Source of the DNA: Myxococcota bacterium
GTDB taxonomy: Bacteria > Myxococcota > Myxococcia > Myxococcales > Myxococcaceae
Direction: 5' to 3'
DNA: 64,000 nucleotides
Assembly (NCBI GenBank): GCA_049322255.1
Contig: JBMORE010000157.1
Coordinates: forward strand, 1-64,000
Shown here: positions 10,285-22,464 of the stretch, in pieces
Position numbering within the stretch: the first letter of the stretch is position 1
Layout: each line of letters begins with the position of its first letter
Notes under the pieces: generated by a model
Told to the model about the DNA's origin: nothing
Database searches by the model: none
Seen by the model: only the letters and a program-made list of their open reading frames with translations
Position numbers and translations under genes: made by a program

Positions 10285-10761
10285 ATGAGCGATGTGAACG
10301 AAGAGGTGCCGCTGCTTAAGGCCGACGAGCCCGAACGGCGGAGATCCAAGACCATGTCTCGCAAGGAGATGGCGCGGGATTTAAGAAGGCGCCGCGCGGC
10401 CGGCCAGATGGACCCGGAAGAGGAAGAGCTGCTCGGGCAAATCGAGGGCATGCGCCCCAAGACGCGCGCCGACTGCGTGAACATGCCCAGGCCGTGCCTG
10501 TTCGTCTCCTGCAAGCACAACCTCTATCTCGACGTGAACCCGGAGACGGGGTCGATCAAGCTCAATTTCCCGGACAAAGAGATCTGGGAGCTTCAGTACA
10601 CCTGCGCGCTCGACGTGGCGGAGAAGGGCGGCATCACCCTCGAGGAAGTGGGAGAGATCATGAACCTCACCCGCGAGCGCATTCGTCAGGTGGAGACCCG
10701 GGGGCTGATGAAGCTGCGAGAAGCGACCGAGGCCGAGCCTCCTCGACCGGAGACGAAGTAG
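10285..10761 (+). CDS. asgB: AsgB-like DNA-binding protein (sigma70 region-4-like HTH; A-signalling regulator)
   Basis: 158 aa; C-terminal [20 protein letters not shown] (sigma region 4.2) with no other sigma regions; position before purH matches the Myxococcus asgB locus as I recall it. Confidence 0.85.
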   Translation: MSDVNEEVPLLKADEPERRRSKTMSRKEMARDLRRRRAAGQMDPEEEELLGQIEGMRPKTRADCVNMPRPCLFVSCKHNLYLDVNPETGSIKLNFPDKEIWELQYTCALDVAEKGGITLEEVGEIMNLTRERIRQVETRGLMKLREATEAEPPRPETK

Positions 10762-10780
10762 CCTCTAAAGACGCGTCGCG

Positions 10781-10809
10781 TTGACCGCCGGAACAGCGGT
10801 TGCTACACC
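10781..10809 (+). promoter_or_regulatory. Putative sigma70 promoter for purH
   Basis: TTGACC-17nt-TACACC, 32 nt upstream of the GTG start. Confidence 0.45.
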
Positions 10810-10841
10810 CGTCGGCCTCTCCTTTTTTGGCGTGAGGCGTC

Positions 10842-12386
<1,545 letters not shown>

Positions 12387-12408
12387 CCTTATCTAGGGCC
12401 AGCTCCTC

Positions 12409-14919
12409 ATGCGCATCGTCTGTCCGAAATGTACGGCGGCTTATGCGATAGATGATCGCTCGATCACCCCCAAGGGAGTGCGGGCGCAGTGCCCCCGTTG
12501 CCGCCATCTCCACTTGGTACGCCGCGACGAGCCACAGCCGGCTGAGGCGCCCACGGCAGCGCCGGCAAACGCTCCCCAGCCGCCGTCAGCGTCTCCCCGC
12601 GCGGTAGAGCTCCCCGCTCTGGACGAGCACGACGCGATGCCCACCCGGGCCTACGAATCTTTGCGGCCCGACCCCTTGTCCAACTTCGATGCGGCCGGTG
12701 ACTTCGAGCCGACGCGGGCCTATTCCCCGCTCTCAGACGACTCCCAGCCCTCGGAAAACGGGCCCCCGCCGGCCGTGAGCTGCCGCACCTGTGGCAAGGC
12801 GCTCGCCGATCCCTTTGACGTCGCCGTCGGCATGTGCGGCGACTGCCGGAGCAAGTCCATGTCGGAGGCGGGGGACGAGGCCTTTGCTGCCTCTGCTTCA
12901 CCACCCTCCGCCGAGGCTGGCCCCAAGCGAAATCCGCCCGCGCCACTCTCGTCGTACGACCAAGGGCCGGTCCACAACGCGGCGCGGGAGGACGGCGGGG
13001 AGGGTGGACGGAACAAGGTGATGGTGGTGACCCTCGCGGCGTTGTTGCTGGGCGTGGGGGGAGCGGTGCTCTTGGCCAAGCGGCCATGGAAACGCCGCGC
13101 GCCGACCTTGGCGATAGGCACCGTGGCGAAGGAGATCGACGCCGTCGTCCCCAAGTGGAAAGCGAGCGTAGGCGCGCTCGAAAAGACCGCCGAACAATAC
13201 CTCGTCGAGGGCGAGGCCAAGCTGGCCGAAGACTCCACCTCGGGCTACCAGGAAGCAGAGGAGAGCTTCCAGAAGGCGCTCGTGAAGGACCCCTCGAGCG
13301 ATCGCGCGGTGGCGGGGTATGTGGGCGCGCTCGCATTGGGGCGAGGCACCCATCTGGACGACGCCGCCTTCGATGAGGCGCTGGGGCTCATCGTGGCTGC
13401 CGAAGCGCGCAGGGGTGCCGACGTGGGCGAGCTCCTCGCCCACGCCCATCTGTTGCTGACGCGGCCTACCGCCGGAAACGCGTCGGACGCGCGGGCCCTT
13501 GCCGAGCGTGCGCAGGTGGGGGCAAAGCCCCAGGTGCAGGCGCAGGCGCACCTCGTCATCGGTCTCTCCTACCTGGGGACAAATTGGGTGTGGGCGAGCG
13601 AGAACCTCGACAAGGTGCTCGTGCTCTTCCCGGATCTTCGTCGCGGCTATCTCGCCCGGGCACGGGCGTTTCACTCCGAGGGAGACCTGCGCAAAGCCAT
13701 CGGGCTCCTCGAGAAGCGGCTGGCCCTCGACGGCGACCAGTGGGAAGCGACCGAGTTGCTCGCCCGGCTGTACGTCGAAGCCGGTGAGACGGGCGCTGCA
13801 CGTTCGGTGCTCGAGCGGTTCGCGGCCGACCGAAAGAACGTTCGTTCCCGCATCGCGCTGGCCGTGCTCGCCTACCAGCACGAGGGACGTGCGGAAGAAG
13901 GCGCCGAGCTACTCGACCAAGTCGTGGCAGAGAAGGGCTCGTACGGTGAGCAAGAGTTGGTCGACGCCCTCGGGCACCTGTCGGCGGCGGTGCGCGTGCT
14001 GGGCGAGCTCGACGAAGCGGAGAAGTTCGCCCAAGCCGCGCTCGCGGTCGACGCCAAGGACGCCAACGCGCACCTACAGCTGTTCCTGGTTGCGGTGCAA
14101 CGCGGGTTGGCGGAGCAAGCGCGCTTGCATCTGCCAGCGCTGCAAGGACAGCTGGGGAACGAAGCCCTCGAGCGGGTGCTGGAAGGAAGGCTCCTGCTCT
14201 TGGAGGGAAAGGCCGAAGAGGCACTGGAGGTCTTCGGCCGGGCCGCGGAGCTCGACCACCGGAGAACCGATGCGCTCCTCTTGGCTGCCGCGGCAGCGGC
14301 TACCGCCCGTCAGGAGCGCAAGGCTTATGACTTCGCGCTCCAACGGGCCTTGCGGGCGGACCCCGAGCGGGCGGCCGCAGCGTCGGTGCTTGCACCGTAT
14401 TTCGTCGCGCCTTCCGACACGCTGGGTGGAGCGTTGGAAAGGTTTCGCAAGCTCTCCAGCGGAAAAGACGACCCCAACCCCCCGCTGTGCGAAGGCCTGG
14501 TGCGCTTCCACCTCGAGGACCATGCAGGCGCCGACCGCGAGCTCGCCAAAGTGGTGACGATCGACCCTGGCAACGGACCGGCGCTCGCCTTGCGCTCGCT
14601 CATCGCCCTTCGCCGCGGTCAGACCAACGCGGCGGTGAAACTAGGCGCCCGGGCGGTCGGCGCCGATCGCACCCTCGCGCTCACCCACTATGCGTATGGG
14701 GCGGCGTTGCTCGCTCAGAGGAAAGACGACGCGGCGAAGCAGGCGCTGCGTGACGCGCTCTCGGCCGACCCCAAGCTCTTGGCTCCCCGGGTGAAGTTGG
14801 CCGAGGCGCACGCCCGCACCGGAAACCTCGAGGAGGCAAGGAGGCTTTTGAGCTCGGTGGTGGGCATCGACTCCGCTTACTTCGACGCCAAGCGGGCGCT
14901 CTACGTGGCCACCAGGTGA
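12409..14919 (+). CDS. MJ0042-type zinc-ribbon, transmembrane, TPR-repeat protein
   Basis: N-terminal CPKC...CPRC; second CRTC...CGDC; one TM helix; many TPR-like helical repeats. Confidence 0.85.
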   Translation: MRIVCPKCTAAYAIDDRSITPKGVRAQCPRCRHLHLVRRDEPQPAEAPTAAPANAPQPPSASPRAVELPALDEHDAMPTRAYESLRPDPLSNFDAAGDFEPTRAYSPLSDDSQPSENGPPPAVSCRTCGKALADPFDVAVGMCGDCRSKSMSEAGDEAFAASASPPSAEAGPKRNPPAPLSSYDQGPVHNAAREDGGEGGRNKVMVVTLAALLLGVGGAVLLAKRPWKRRAPTLAIGTVAKEIDAVVPKWKASVGALEKTAEQYLVEGEAKLAEDSTSGYQEAEESFQKALVKDPSSDRAVAGYVGALALGRGTHLDDAAFDEALGLIVAAEARRGADVGELLAHAHLLLTRPTAGNASDARALAERAQVGAKPQVQAQAHLVIGLSYLGTNWVWASENLDKVLVLFPDLRRGYLARARAFHSEGDLRKAIGLLEKRLALDGDQWEATELLARLYVEAGETGAARSVLERFAADRKNVRSRIALAVLAYQHEGRAEEGAELLDQVVAEKGSYGEQELVDALGHLSAAVRVLGELDEAEKFAQAALAVDAKDANAHLQLFLVAVQRGLAEQARLHLPALQGQLGNEALERVLEGRLLLLEGKAEEALEVFGRAAELDHRRTDALLLAAAAAATARQERKAYDFALQRALRADPERAAAASVLAPYFVAPSDTLGGALERFRKLSSGKDDPNPPLCEGLVRFHLEDHAGADRELAKVVTIDPGNGPALALRSLIALRRGQTNAAVKLGARAVGADRTLALTHYAYGAALLAQRKDDAAKQALRDALSADPKLLAPRVKLAEAHARTGNLEEARRLLSSVVGIDSAYFDAKRALYVATR

Positions 14920-14923
14920 ACCG

Positions 14924-16183
14924 ATGAAGGTCCTGCTCTTGGGTTCGGGAGGGCGTGAGCACGCACTGGCGTGGAAGCTTACGCAGAGCCCTCGTCTGAC
15001 CACGCTCTTGTGTGCGCCGGGCAACGTAGGCACCGAACGGCTGGGCCAGAACGTACCCTTGCGGGTAGACGATGCCGCTCAGGTGTGTGCGCTGGTGGCG
15101 GCGCACCGGGTCGACCTCGTCGTCGTTGGCCCGGAGGCGCCGTTGGTGGCGGGTGTGGCCGACGAGCTGTCCCGACTGGGCGTGCCGGTGTTTGGGCCAG
15201 TGGCGGCGGCGGCCAGGCTGGAGGGCTCCAAGGCTTTCGCCAAGGAGGTGATGGCCGCCGCCGGCGTACCCACCGCCTCTTTTCAGGTGTTCGACGATGC
15301 ACGCACGGCCGAGGTACACGCGCGCGCCCAAGGAGCTTGCGTGGTGAAGGCCGATGGGCTGGCGGCGGGCAAGGGGGTGATCGTCGCCCGAAGCGGCGAG
15401 GAGGCCGCCTACGCGGTGCGCTCGTTGGTGGGTCTGGGGGCGGCGGGAAAACGCCTGGTCGTGGAGGAGCTGCTCGAGGGCGAAGAGGTTTCGGTCATCG
15501 CCCTGTGCGATGGCGAGCGCTACGCGCTTCTTTCGCCCGCGCAGGACCACAAGCGGGTGGGCGAGGGGGACACCGGCCCCAACACCGGCGGCATGGGAGC
15601 GTACGCGCCGACGCCTTTTTTGAGCGAAGAAGAGCTCGTCGATGTCGGTCGGTCGGTGATTGCCCCCACCTTGGCAGAGCTTGCGCGGCGTAAAACTCCA
15701 TTCAAAGGAGCGCTCTACGCGGGGCTGATGCTCACCCGTCAGGGGCCGCGGGTGCTCGAGTTCAACTGCCGCTTCGGCGATCCCGAGGCCCAGGTGCTGG
15801 TGATGCAGCTGGCGGAGGACTTGCTGCCGCTGTTGTACGCCTCGGCGACGGGCAACCTCGAGGCGCGGCCGCTCGCTGTGCATCCAGGAGTGTCGGTGGG
15901 AGTGGTGCTGGCTGCGGCGGGCTACCCCTCTTCACCACGCCTGGGCGACCCGATTCAGGGGCTTTCCGACGCCGAGGCGATGGCGACCGTCTTCCATGCC
16001 GGCACGCGGCGTGAAGGCGGCCAGGTGGTCACCGCGGGGGGACGGGTGCTCACGGTGTGCGCGCGAGGAGGGTCGTTGGAAGCGGCGCGCCAGAAGGTCT
16101 ACCAGGCGGGGGCGTGCATTCGCTTCGAGGGCATGCATTATCGCCGCGACATCGGCTCGCGCGCGCTGTCGGTGCGGTCGTGA
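14924..16183 (+). CDS. purD: Phosphoribosylamine–glycine ligase
   Basis: [51 protein letters not shown]. Confidence 0.98.
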   Translation: MKVLLLGSGGREHALAWKLTQSPRLTTLLCAPGNVGTERLGQNVPLRVDDAAQVCALVAAHRVDLVVVGPEAPLVAGVADELSRLGVPVFGPVAAAARLEGSKAFAKEVMAAAGVPTASFQVFDDARTAEVHARAQGACVVKADGLAAGKGVIVARSGEEAAYAVRSLVGLGAAGKRLVVEELLEGEEVSVIALCDGERYALLSPAQDHKRVGEGDTGPNTGGMGAYAPTPFLSEEELVDVGRSVIAPTLAELARRKTPFKGALYAGLMLTRQGPRVLEFNCRFGDPEAQVLVMQLAEDLLPLLYASATGNLEARPLAVHPGVSVGVVLAAAGYPSSPRLGDPIQGLSDAEAMATVFHAGTRREGGQVVTAGGRVLTVCARGGSLEAARQKVYQAGACIRFEGMHYRRDIGSRALSVRS

Positions 16184-17292
16184 AGCTTCTCTATCGCTAC
16201 CAGCTGAAGGAGATCGTCGTTCCCCTGACGGTGTGGGTTGGCTTTCTCTTTTTGCTCTTGTTCGTCATGTCGTTTCTGCGCGGCACCGATGTGCTCTTGG
16301 GCTCGGCGATGACGGCCAAAGATTTGGGCCGGTTCACTCTCTACCTGGCGCCGCATTTTCTTCAGCAGGCGCTGCCGATCGCCTTCTTGTTGGCGATTCT
16401 TCTCGGCATCGGGCGCTTGAGCGAGGACGGCGAAGTCTCGGCGATGCGCTCGTTGGGGGTGGGGCCCTGGCAGGTGTTGGCCGGACCGCTCACCTTGGGC
16501 TCTGTGCTGGGAGCGGTGATGCTCGGGCTTTCCTTCACCGCCGCGCCTTGGGGCCTGCGCTCGGTGAAGGAAGCGGCCAACGAGGTCATCAAGAAGAACC
16601 TCGCTGGCGACGTGAAACCAGGCGTCTTCTACGAGGACCTGACCAACCTCACTCTCTACGCCGCGAAGGTGAACCGCGCCGACCGCGGGTGGAGCCACGT
16701 GCTCATCCACGACGATCGTGACCCCGAGTCACCTCTTTTGGTGGTGGCCCAGGAAGGGCGGGTTCAGGCGGCAGGGGCGAATGCGGAGCTCACGCTGTCG
16801 TTGGCCGACGGCCACGTGCACCGCGCCAACCGGCAGGGGCTCGAGTATTCAGTGGTGGACTTCGAGCGGGGCGACATCATCATCGGCATGGGCGATTCGA
16901 TTTTTTCCAAGAACCGGTTTCGCTCGCCCAAGGAAGAGCTCAGCCCCAAAGAGCTGTTGACGGCGGCCGCGGGAGCAGAGCACGTCGGTGAGAGTGGTGT
17001 GCCTTTTTTGATGGCATTCCACTGGAGGTTGGGACAGGTGCTGATGCCACTGGCGTTCGCCGTGATGGGAACCCCGCTGGCGATGAGTCGCCGCCAGTCA
17101 GGGAGAGCGCGGGGCTACCTTTTGACCATCGCCGGCTACGTTCTCTACTACGTGCTCGCGCGGGTGTGCGTGAGCCTGGGCGAGCGCGGCAAGCTCGACG
17201 TTCTCTTGGCGGCGCAGCTGCCGAACGTCGTCTTCGCGGCGCTCGGTTTGGTCGCGCTGGTGCGCGTGACCAAGGTGGGGACGATTCGATGA
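16180..17292 (+). CDS. lptF: LPS export ABC permease LptF
   Basis: YjgP/YjgQ pattern (GRLSEDGEVSAMRSLG; AQLPNVVF); GTG overlaps the purD stop; paired with lptG. Confidence 0.85.
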   Translation: MKLLYRYQLKEIVVPLTVWVGFLFLLLFVMSFLRGTDVLLGSAMTAKDLGRFTLYLAPHFLQQALPIAFLLAILLGIGRLSEDGEVSAMRSLGVGPWQVLAGPLTLGSVLGAVMLGLSFTAAPWGLRSVKEAANEVIKKNLAGDVKPGVFYEDLTNLTLYAAKVNRADRGWSHVLIHDDRDPESPLLVVAQEGRVQAAGANAELTLSLADGHVHRANRQGLEYSVVDFERGDIIIGMGDSIFSKNRFRSPKEELSPKELLTAAAGAEHVGESGVPFLMAFHWRLGQVLMPLAFAVMGTPLAMSRRQSGRARGYLLTIAGYVLYYVLARVCVSLGERGKLDVLLAAQLPNVVFAALGLVALVRVTKVGTIR

Positions 17293-18386
17293 GCCGAACG
17301 ATGTTCGGTTACGTCTTTCGCCTGTTTCTGGGGTACTTCGCCGCCCTCTTCCTGGTGGTGATGGTGGTCTTCCTGATTGCCGACTTCGGTGATCGGGTGA
17401 AGGCGTTCGTCGAGCACCCCTGGGTCGACGTGGTCGAGCTCTATTGGAACAAGGCGCTGGTGGCGGCGCACCAGCTCGGTCCGGCAGCGATGCTTCTGGC
17501 TGCGGGAGCGGGCATCTCCACCTTGCGCAAACGGGGAGAGCTCACCGCCTTGCGCTCGTTGGCGTTCGGCACCGCCACCCTCTACTTGCCGGTCGCGGTG
17601 GCGACGCTCGTCGGCTCGGCGCTGTTCATCGTCTTCGACGAGCAGGTGGTGACCAAGGCGGGCGTGCGCGTCGAGGACATCACGGTGAACAAGTTCAACG
17701 TGTGGGGCGACTGGCGCTTTCATTGGCAGCGCAAGCGGTGGTTTCGCAGCGGGGAACAGGTGTTTTTCCTCCGCAGCGGCGACGTGGAGACGGGCTTTCG
17801 CGATGTGACCATTCTCTCGCTGAGCCCGGATTTCACCTTGCGAGCGCGGATCGACGCCGACGGGATGGCGTATGTGGGAAAAACGCGCTGGCGCCTCCAA
17901 GGTGCCCATGAACGCCTGTTCGACGACGCCGGTGGCTCCCTTGTCGACGCGTTGGGCGACGTCGAGCGCGATTTGGGCGTCACGGGGGCTGCCTTTCGTA
18001 TTCGCCAGGGTCGGCCGGAGCAGATGAAGGTAGAGGCGCTCCTCGAACAGATTGCCGCGCGACGCCAAGTGGGTTTGCCTGCCCAGCGCTTCGTGCTCGC
18101 TCTGCACAACCGCTTCGCCTATCCGCTCACGGGCATGGCGGCGGCGTTGCTCGCGGTGGGGTTGGCGCTGCGGCCTGGTCGCAAGGGTCACCTCACCGTC
18201 GCGCTCGTCGAAGGGTTGATGGTGGCGGTCGCGCTGTGGGGAATGATGGTGATTGGCAAGTCGTTGGTGGTGGGCGATCGCATGCCGGCGCCGCTGGCAG
18301 CCTGGAGCCCCTTTGTCATTCTCACTCTGGCAGCGGGGTTTCTCTGGCTTCGACGCGAGGGGCGCCTGGGTCGGGAGGGAACGTGA
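17289..18386 (+). CDS. lptG: LPS export ABC permease LptG
   Basis: LRKRGELTALRS; RFAYPL; AAWSP; ATGA coupling to lptF. Confidence 0.85.
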   Translation: MSRTMFGYVFRLFLGYFAALFLVVMVVFLIADFGDRVKAFVEHPWVDVVELYWNKALVAAHQLGPAAMLLAAGAGISTLRKRGELTALRSLAFGTATLYLPVAVATLVGSALFIVFDEQVVTKAGVRVEDITVNKFNVWGDWRFHWQRKRWFRSGEQVFFLRSGDVETGFRDVTILSLSPDFTLRARIDADGMAYVGKTRWRLQGAHERLFDDAGGSLVDALGDVERDLGVTGAAFRIRQGRPEQMKVEALLEQIAARRQVGLPAQRFVLALHNRFAYPLTGMAAALLAVGLALRPGRKGHLTVALVEGLMVAVALWGMMVIGKSLVVGDRMPAPLAAWSPFVILTLAAGFLWLRREGRLGREGT

Positions 18387-19617
18387 AGGCGCTCGCGCGC
18401 GTGCGCGACGGAGGCCTCGTTCTGTGGGGCGTGGGGGCGCTCACGTTGGAGGCGATTGCCTCGGTGGGAATGGTTCTGTGTGCGACGGCGGCGCTGGGGG
18501 AATGGGTGACGCGCCGGCGAGAGCTCGACGTCCGCGCGTGGGTGAAGACGTGGGCGCCCCTGCTCGCCTTCACCGGTTGGATGTTGACAGCGCCGCTGCT
18601 GGCCGCCCGGTGGCCGACGTCGACCGGGCTTGCCCGGCAGCTCGAGTGGCTGGGGGTGCCGTTGGCGGCGTACGCGTTTGCCCAGGCGAATGAAAAAGCC
18701 AGGCGAGCGCTGGCGTGGGTGGCGGCGGTGACGTTGGCGCTGTCTTGCCTCGCCGCGCTTTTGCAGTACCTGGGAGCCTGGCCGAGCGCAGAGACGTTCG
18801 TCGGCTGGGAGTGGACGCGCATCCCCTTCTACCGCGTGTACGAGCCGGCGCCGGGGGTCGAGGGGCGCTTCATGGGAGGGGGCCTGTCCTTTCATCGGTT
18901 GCGCTTCGCCCACGTCGGCGCGCTGGCGGTGCTGGTGGCGCTGGCGGTGGGGCTTCGGGCCCGCGGNNNNNNNNNNGCGGAAGAGCGCGCTTTTGGGCGC
19001 TGGGGCTGGCGGTGTGCGGGTTTCTCTCGGTGCTTTTGTTTCCGCTCGCGCGCATGGCGAGCGTCGCGCTGGCAGTCGCTGCGTTCTTCGTGGTGATGCT
19101 CGCGGTGGAGAATCGGCGCCGCGCCTTCACAGCGGGCGTGGTGGGCGCGGTGGTGCTGGGAGCGGCGGCGATGGCGCACGCTCCTTTGCGCGCGCGTTTT
19201 TTGGCCGCCGACACCAGCGAGGGCAGCGGCGAGCGGGGAGCGCTCCTGCGCGCGGGGTTGGAGGCGGTTTCCCAGCACCCTTTGCTTGGGACTGGATTGG
19301 GGCGCTTTCGGCCTTCTCACTTCGTTGGGGAAAAGGCTCCTTCGCTGGTGCTCGAGCACACCGGCAAGGCGCACAACCAATTCGTCACCATCGCCGCGGA
19401 AGGCGGTGTTGTGGCGCTGCTGCTTTTCGTTTGGGTGCTGGCGTGGCTGGCGCGGCGCATGGACTCCCGGGACCCGCTGGGCATTGCGGGTTTAGGGGCG
19501 TTGGTGCTCTTTGGCCTGCTCAGCCTCACCCACGACCCGCTCTTCCACGCCTCTTTTTCGGCTGGCCTGACGTTGGTGCTGGGAATGGCGGTCGCGCGAG
19601 GAAGCGGCGCTCATTGA
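18383..19617 (+). CDS. waaL: O-antigen ligase (Wzy_C/WaaL family); apparent frameshift is caused by the 10-N gap
   Basis: Multi-TM; HPLLGTGLG, KAHNQF...AEGG motifs. Joining the gap flanks on the shared GCGG restores ...LRARGRARFW... in one frame. Confidence 0.85.
18967..18976. other. Assembly gap (10 N)
   Basis: N run; both flanks end/begin with GCGG. Confidence 0.95.
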
Positions 19618-20705
19618 CCGAGCGCTCGTTGATACGCCACCCAAGTTCGTTGAACACATTCGTCCCAGCTGAAACGTTCGGAGCGGGCGCGGCCCTTATC
19701 CATCAGCTTTCGTCGGAGCTGCTCGTCACGCGCCACCTGCTGCGCGGCGTCGATCCACGCTTCGCCGTCGTCAGGGTCGACGAGCACCCCCGCTTCACCC
19801 AACACCTCGGGCAGCGCACCGGCACGCGCGGCGATCACTGGGCAGCCGCACGCCATCGCCTCCAGCGCGGGGAGGCCGAAGCCCTCGTAGCGCGACGGGA
19901 GCAAGAGGGCGGTCGCGCCGCCGTAGAAGAGCGGCATCTCCTCTTCGGGGAGCCGGCCCAGGTCGATGACGGAGCGCGGTAGGCCCAGGCGAGAAGCGGC
20001 GCCTGCTCCAGCGACGAGCGCCAAGGGGGCGGGGAGCGCCTGCACCACCTTCACCAGGAGCTTGAGGTTCTTGTGCGGTTTTTCGTTTCCGACGGCGGCG
20101 AAGTAGCGCGCGGGCAAGCCGCGCCGGGCGCGAAACTCGGCGAGCTCGCTGGGAGAGGCGAAGCGGTATGCGGCATCGACGCCGGGGGAGATGACCTGCA
20201 GCTTGAAGGGGCTCAACCCCAAGTGACGCGCCAGCTCGTCGCGGGAGAACTCGGAGACGGTGAGCAGCGCCTTGGCCGCTTTGGCGCGCGGGCCGACGAT
20301 GAGCCGGTAGTACGCCATTCGGCCGGGGCTGGAGCTCTCCGGCAGGGCGAGGTGGTTGGCGTCGTGCAGGGTGGCCACCAGCTTCCCGGGCCACAAGCCG
20401 GGCAAGGAGAACGAGGTGGCGTGGAAGAGATCGCAGCGTGAGCGCAAAAGCGCGGCGAGGAGCGCAGGCTGCTCGAGGGGCGAGAGAAAGGGCGCGGCAC
20501 AACGCTGAAGCGGCAGGGTAGGGCGGAGCGCGCCCAAGCCTTCCGGAAGCGGCGCAGGTCCGACGAGGCCGGCGAAGCTCCAGTCGGGCGCCAGCGCTGG
20601 CAGCCGGCGCGCCAGCTCGAGCGCGTAGCGAGCGATTCCGTGCAGGGGCCCGCGCACCATGCGCAGGTCGATGAGCACCTTGGGCACCGCTGCTCCAGTT
20701 ACCAC
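19611..20705 (-). CDS. GT4 glycosyltransferase (WbdB/MtfB-like mannosyltransferase type)
   Basis: HGIARYA, ATLHD, PHKNL, YEGFGLPALEAMACG. Start may be GTG 20687. Confidence 0.92.
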   Translation of the reverse strand: MVTGAAVPKVLIDLRMVRGPLHGIARYALELARRLPALAPDWSFAGLVGPAPLPEGLGALRPTLPLQRCAAPFLSPLEQPALLAALLRSRCDLFHATSFSLPGLWPGKLVATLHDANHLALPESSSPGRMAYYRLIVGPRAKAAKALLTVSEFSRDELARHLGLSPFKLQVISPGVDAAYRFASPSELAEFRARRGLPARYFAAVGNEKPHKNLKLLVKVVQALPAPLALVAGAGAASRLGLPRSVIDLGRLPEEEMPLFYGGATALLLPSRYEGFGLPALEAMACGCPVIAARAGALPEVLGEAGVLVDPDDGEAWIDAAQQVARDEQLRRKLMDKGRARSERFSWDECVQRTWVAYQRALGQ

Positions 20706-20750
20706 CGGCGCCCACGCGTGGCTACAAGGCGCGCGCTCCCATAAGTCGAG

Positions 20751-20944
20751 TCATTGGCGCCGCGCCGATGTCCAAGCAGCCTCGAATTCTCGTGCACCGT
20801 GGATCATTCCGAGAGGCTGCGGCCCTTCTCGAGCGCAACACGCGCGAAAGAAGCGGCGTAGGCCGGAGACTCACGGGCGATGAACGTGCATGCGGCTTCG
20901 AGATCGTCGAGGGCGGCGGGAAGCCCGTCTACTTCCCGAGCCAT
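20751..20944 (-). pseudogene. RelE/ParE-family toxin remnant with an internal deletion
   Basis: MAREVDGLPAALDDLEAACTFIARESPAYAASFARVALEKGRSLSE* (20944-20804), then out of frame IHGAREFEAAW (20804-20751): the typical ParE N- and C-termini without the middle. Confidence 0.75.
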
Positions 20945-21134
20945 CGTGCCATCCGTCGTTCGGCCTCATCCTGCGACACGAGCTTCGCGTCGACGATTTG
21001 GCCTACGCGATGTGGAGCAATTCACGCACGTAGAGGTGATACTGGATATCCTCGAGCGTTGACTCGTCAGGCAGCTCGTCGAGCAGAGCTTTGACCGACT
21101 CCTTTGCCGTTCGTGGGCCTTCGGCCTCGCTCAT
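20929..21134 (-). pseudogene. Antitoxin remnant (frameshifted)
   Basis: MSEAEGPRTAKESVKALLDELPDESTLEDIQYHLYVRELLHIA* (stop 21003); another frame continues RVGQIVDAKLVSQDEAERRMARWLGK* to 20929, overlapping the toxin start. Confidence 0.7.
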
Positions 21135-21210
21135 GGGTTCTTTCCTATCGGTGCTCATTTAAGCGCTCCGTGGGAAATATATCCCGACGCGGTGCTAGAA
21201 GCCGCCACTT

Positions 21211-22302
21211 GTGAAGGTCGCCCTCGTCCACGATTGGCTCGTCACCTACCGCGGAGGCGAGAAGGTTCTCGAGGCGATCGCCGAGCTGTTCCCCGATGCC
21301 GAGTTGTTCACGCTCTTCCACGAACCGGGCGCCGTCTCCTCGCTCGATGACCGCCGGGTGCACACCAGCTTCTTGAACCGTTGGCCGTTTGCGCGCGCGC
21401 GCTATCGCCACTTCTTGCCGCTCTTCCCGAAGGCGATTGAGGCGCTGGATCTCTCCGGCGTCGATTTGGTCATCTCCTCGAGCCACTGCGTGGCCAAGGG
21501 GGTGCGCAAGCCAGTCGGAGCAAAGCACCTGTCCTACGTGCACGCGCCGATGCGCTACATGTGGGATCGTTACGAGGACTATTTCGGTCCTGGTCGTGCA
21601 TCGCGTGCGGTGCGTACGGCAGCGTGGGTGGTACGCCCTTACTTGCAACGGTGGGATCGCCGAAGCTCCGCCGGCGTCGATCGCTTTGTCGCCAACAGCC
21701 ACTACATCGCCCAGCGCATCGCGGCGACTTACGGGCGGGAAGCGGCGGTGGTGCACCCTCCGGTGGAGCTTGGGCGCTTCGCCTCGCAGCCGCTCGAGGG
21801 CACCGGCAAAGGTGGCTACTACCTGTGGCTGGGAGCGCTGGCGCCGTACAAACGTGTCGACGTAGCGATCGAAGCATTTCGACGGCTGCGAAGCCCCCTG
21901 TGGATCGGCGGCACCGGACAGGACGAGGCGCTCGTTCGCCACGGGCTCCCCTCCAATGTGAAGTGGCTGGGTCAAGTCGCCGACGTCGACTTGCCCGCGC
22001 TCTATCGCGACGCGCGCGCGCTGGTGTTCGCGGGTGAGGAAGACTTCGGCATCACCCCTCTCGAGGCTCAGGCATGCGGCCGTCCAGTCATCGCCTTGGG
22101 TCGAGGCGGCGTGCTGGAGACCGTCACTGCGAAGACCGGGCGATTCTTTTCGGAGCAGACGCCCGAGGCGTTGGCCGCCGCGGTGACCTCCTTCGAGGCC
22201 TGGGAGGAGCAGTTCCATCCCGCCGACGCGCGCGCACACGCCTCGCGCTTTACCAAAAACGAATTTCAGCGGCGCTTCCTCGAAGAGCTGTCACGGCTAT
22301 GA
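21211..22302 (+). CDS. GT4 glycosyltransferase (WbaZ-like mannosyltransferase)
   Basis: KVALVHDWL...GGEKVL, YVHAPMRYMWD, EEDFGITPLEAQACG. Confidence 0.93.
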   Translation: MKVALVHDWLVTYRGGEKVLEAIAELFPDAELFTLFHEPGAVSSLDDRRVHTSFLNRWPFARARYRHFLPLFPKAIEALDLSGVDLVISSSHCVAKGVRKPVGAKHLSYVHAPMRYMWDRYEDYFGPGRASRAVRTAAWVVRPYLQRWDRRSSAGVDRFVANSHYIAQRIAATYGREAAVVHPPVELGRFASQPLEGTGKGGYYLWLGALAPYKRVDVAIEAFRRLRSPLWIGGTGQDEALVRHGLPSNVKWLGQVADVDLPALYRDARALVFAGEEDFGITPLEAQACGRPVIALGRGGVLETVTAKTGRFFSEQTPEALAAAVTSFEAWEEQFHPADARAHASRFTKNEFQRRFLEELSRL

Positions 22303-22464
22303 CGCGCTCGCCCGAAGTCAGGGTGGTGCACCCCTGCTCCGGGGAGGCAGGGCGCGCCAACCATTTGGTTTGACGGTGGTTTTCGTGTAGGTGGTTGTCC
22401 GCAACTTCGAGGGTCGAGGGCGCGACAATTGCACCAGCGCGCGCTCTCGAGGAGAGGGGTTTCC

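Noticed and set aside
10762..10841. ZTP riboswitch upstream of purH
   Set aside because: No consensus elements; the space is occupied by a promoter.
18236..19617. waaL split into two frames (pseudogene or phase variation)
   Set aside because: The shift coincides with the 10-N gap; merging on the shared GCGG restores one ORF.
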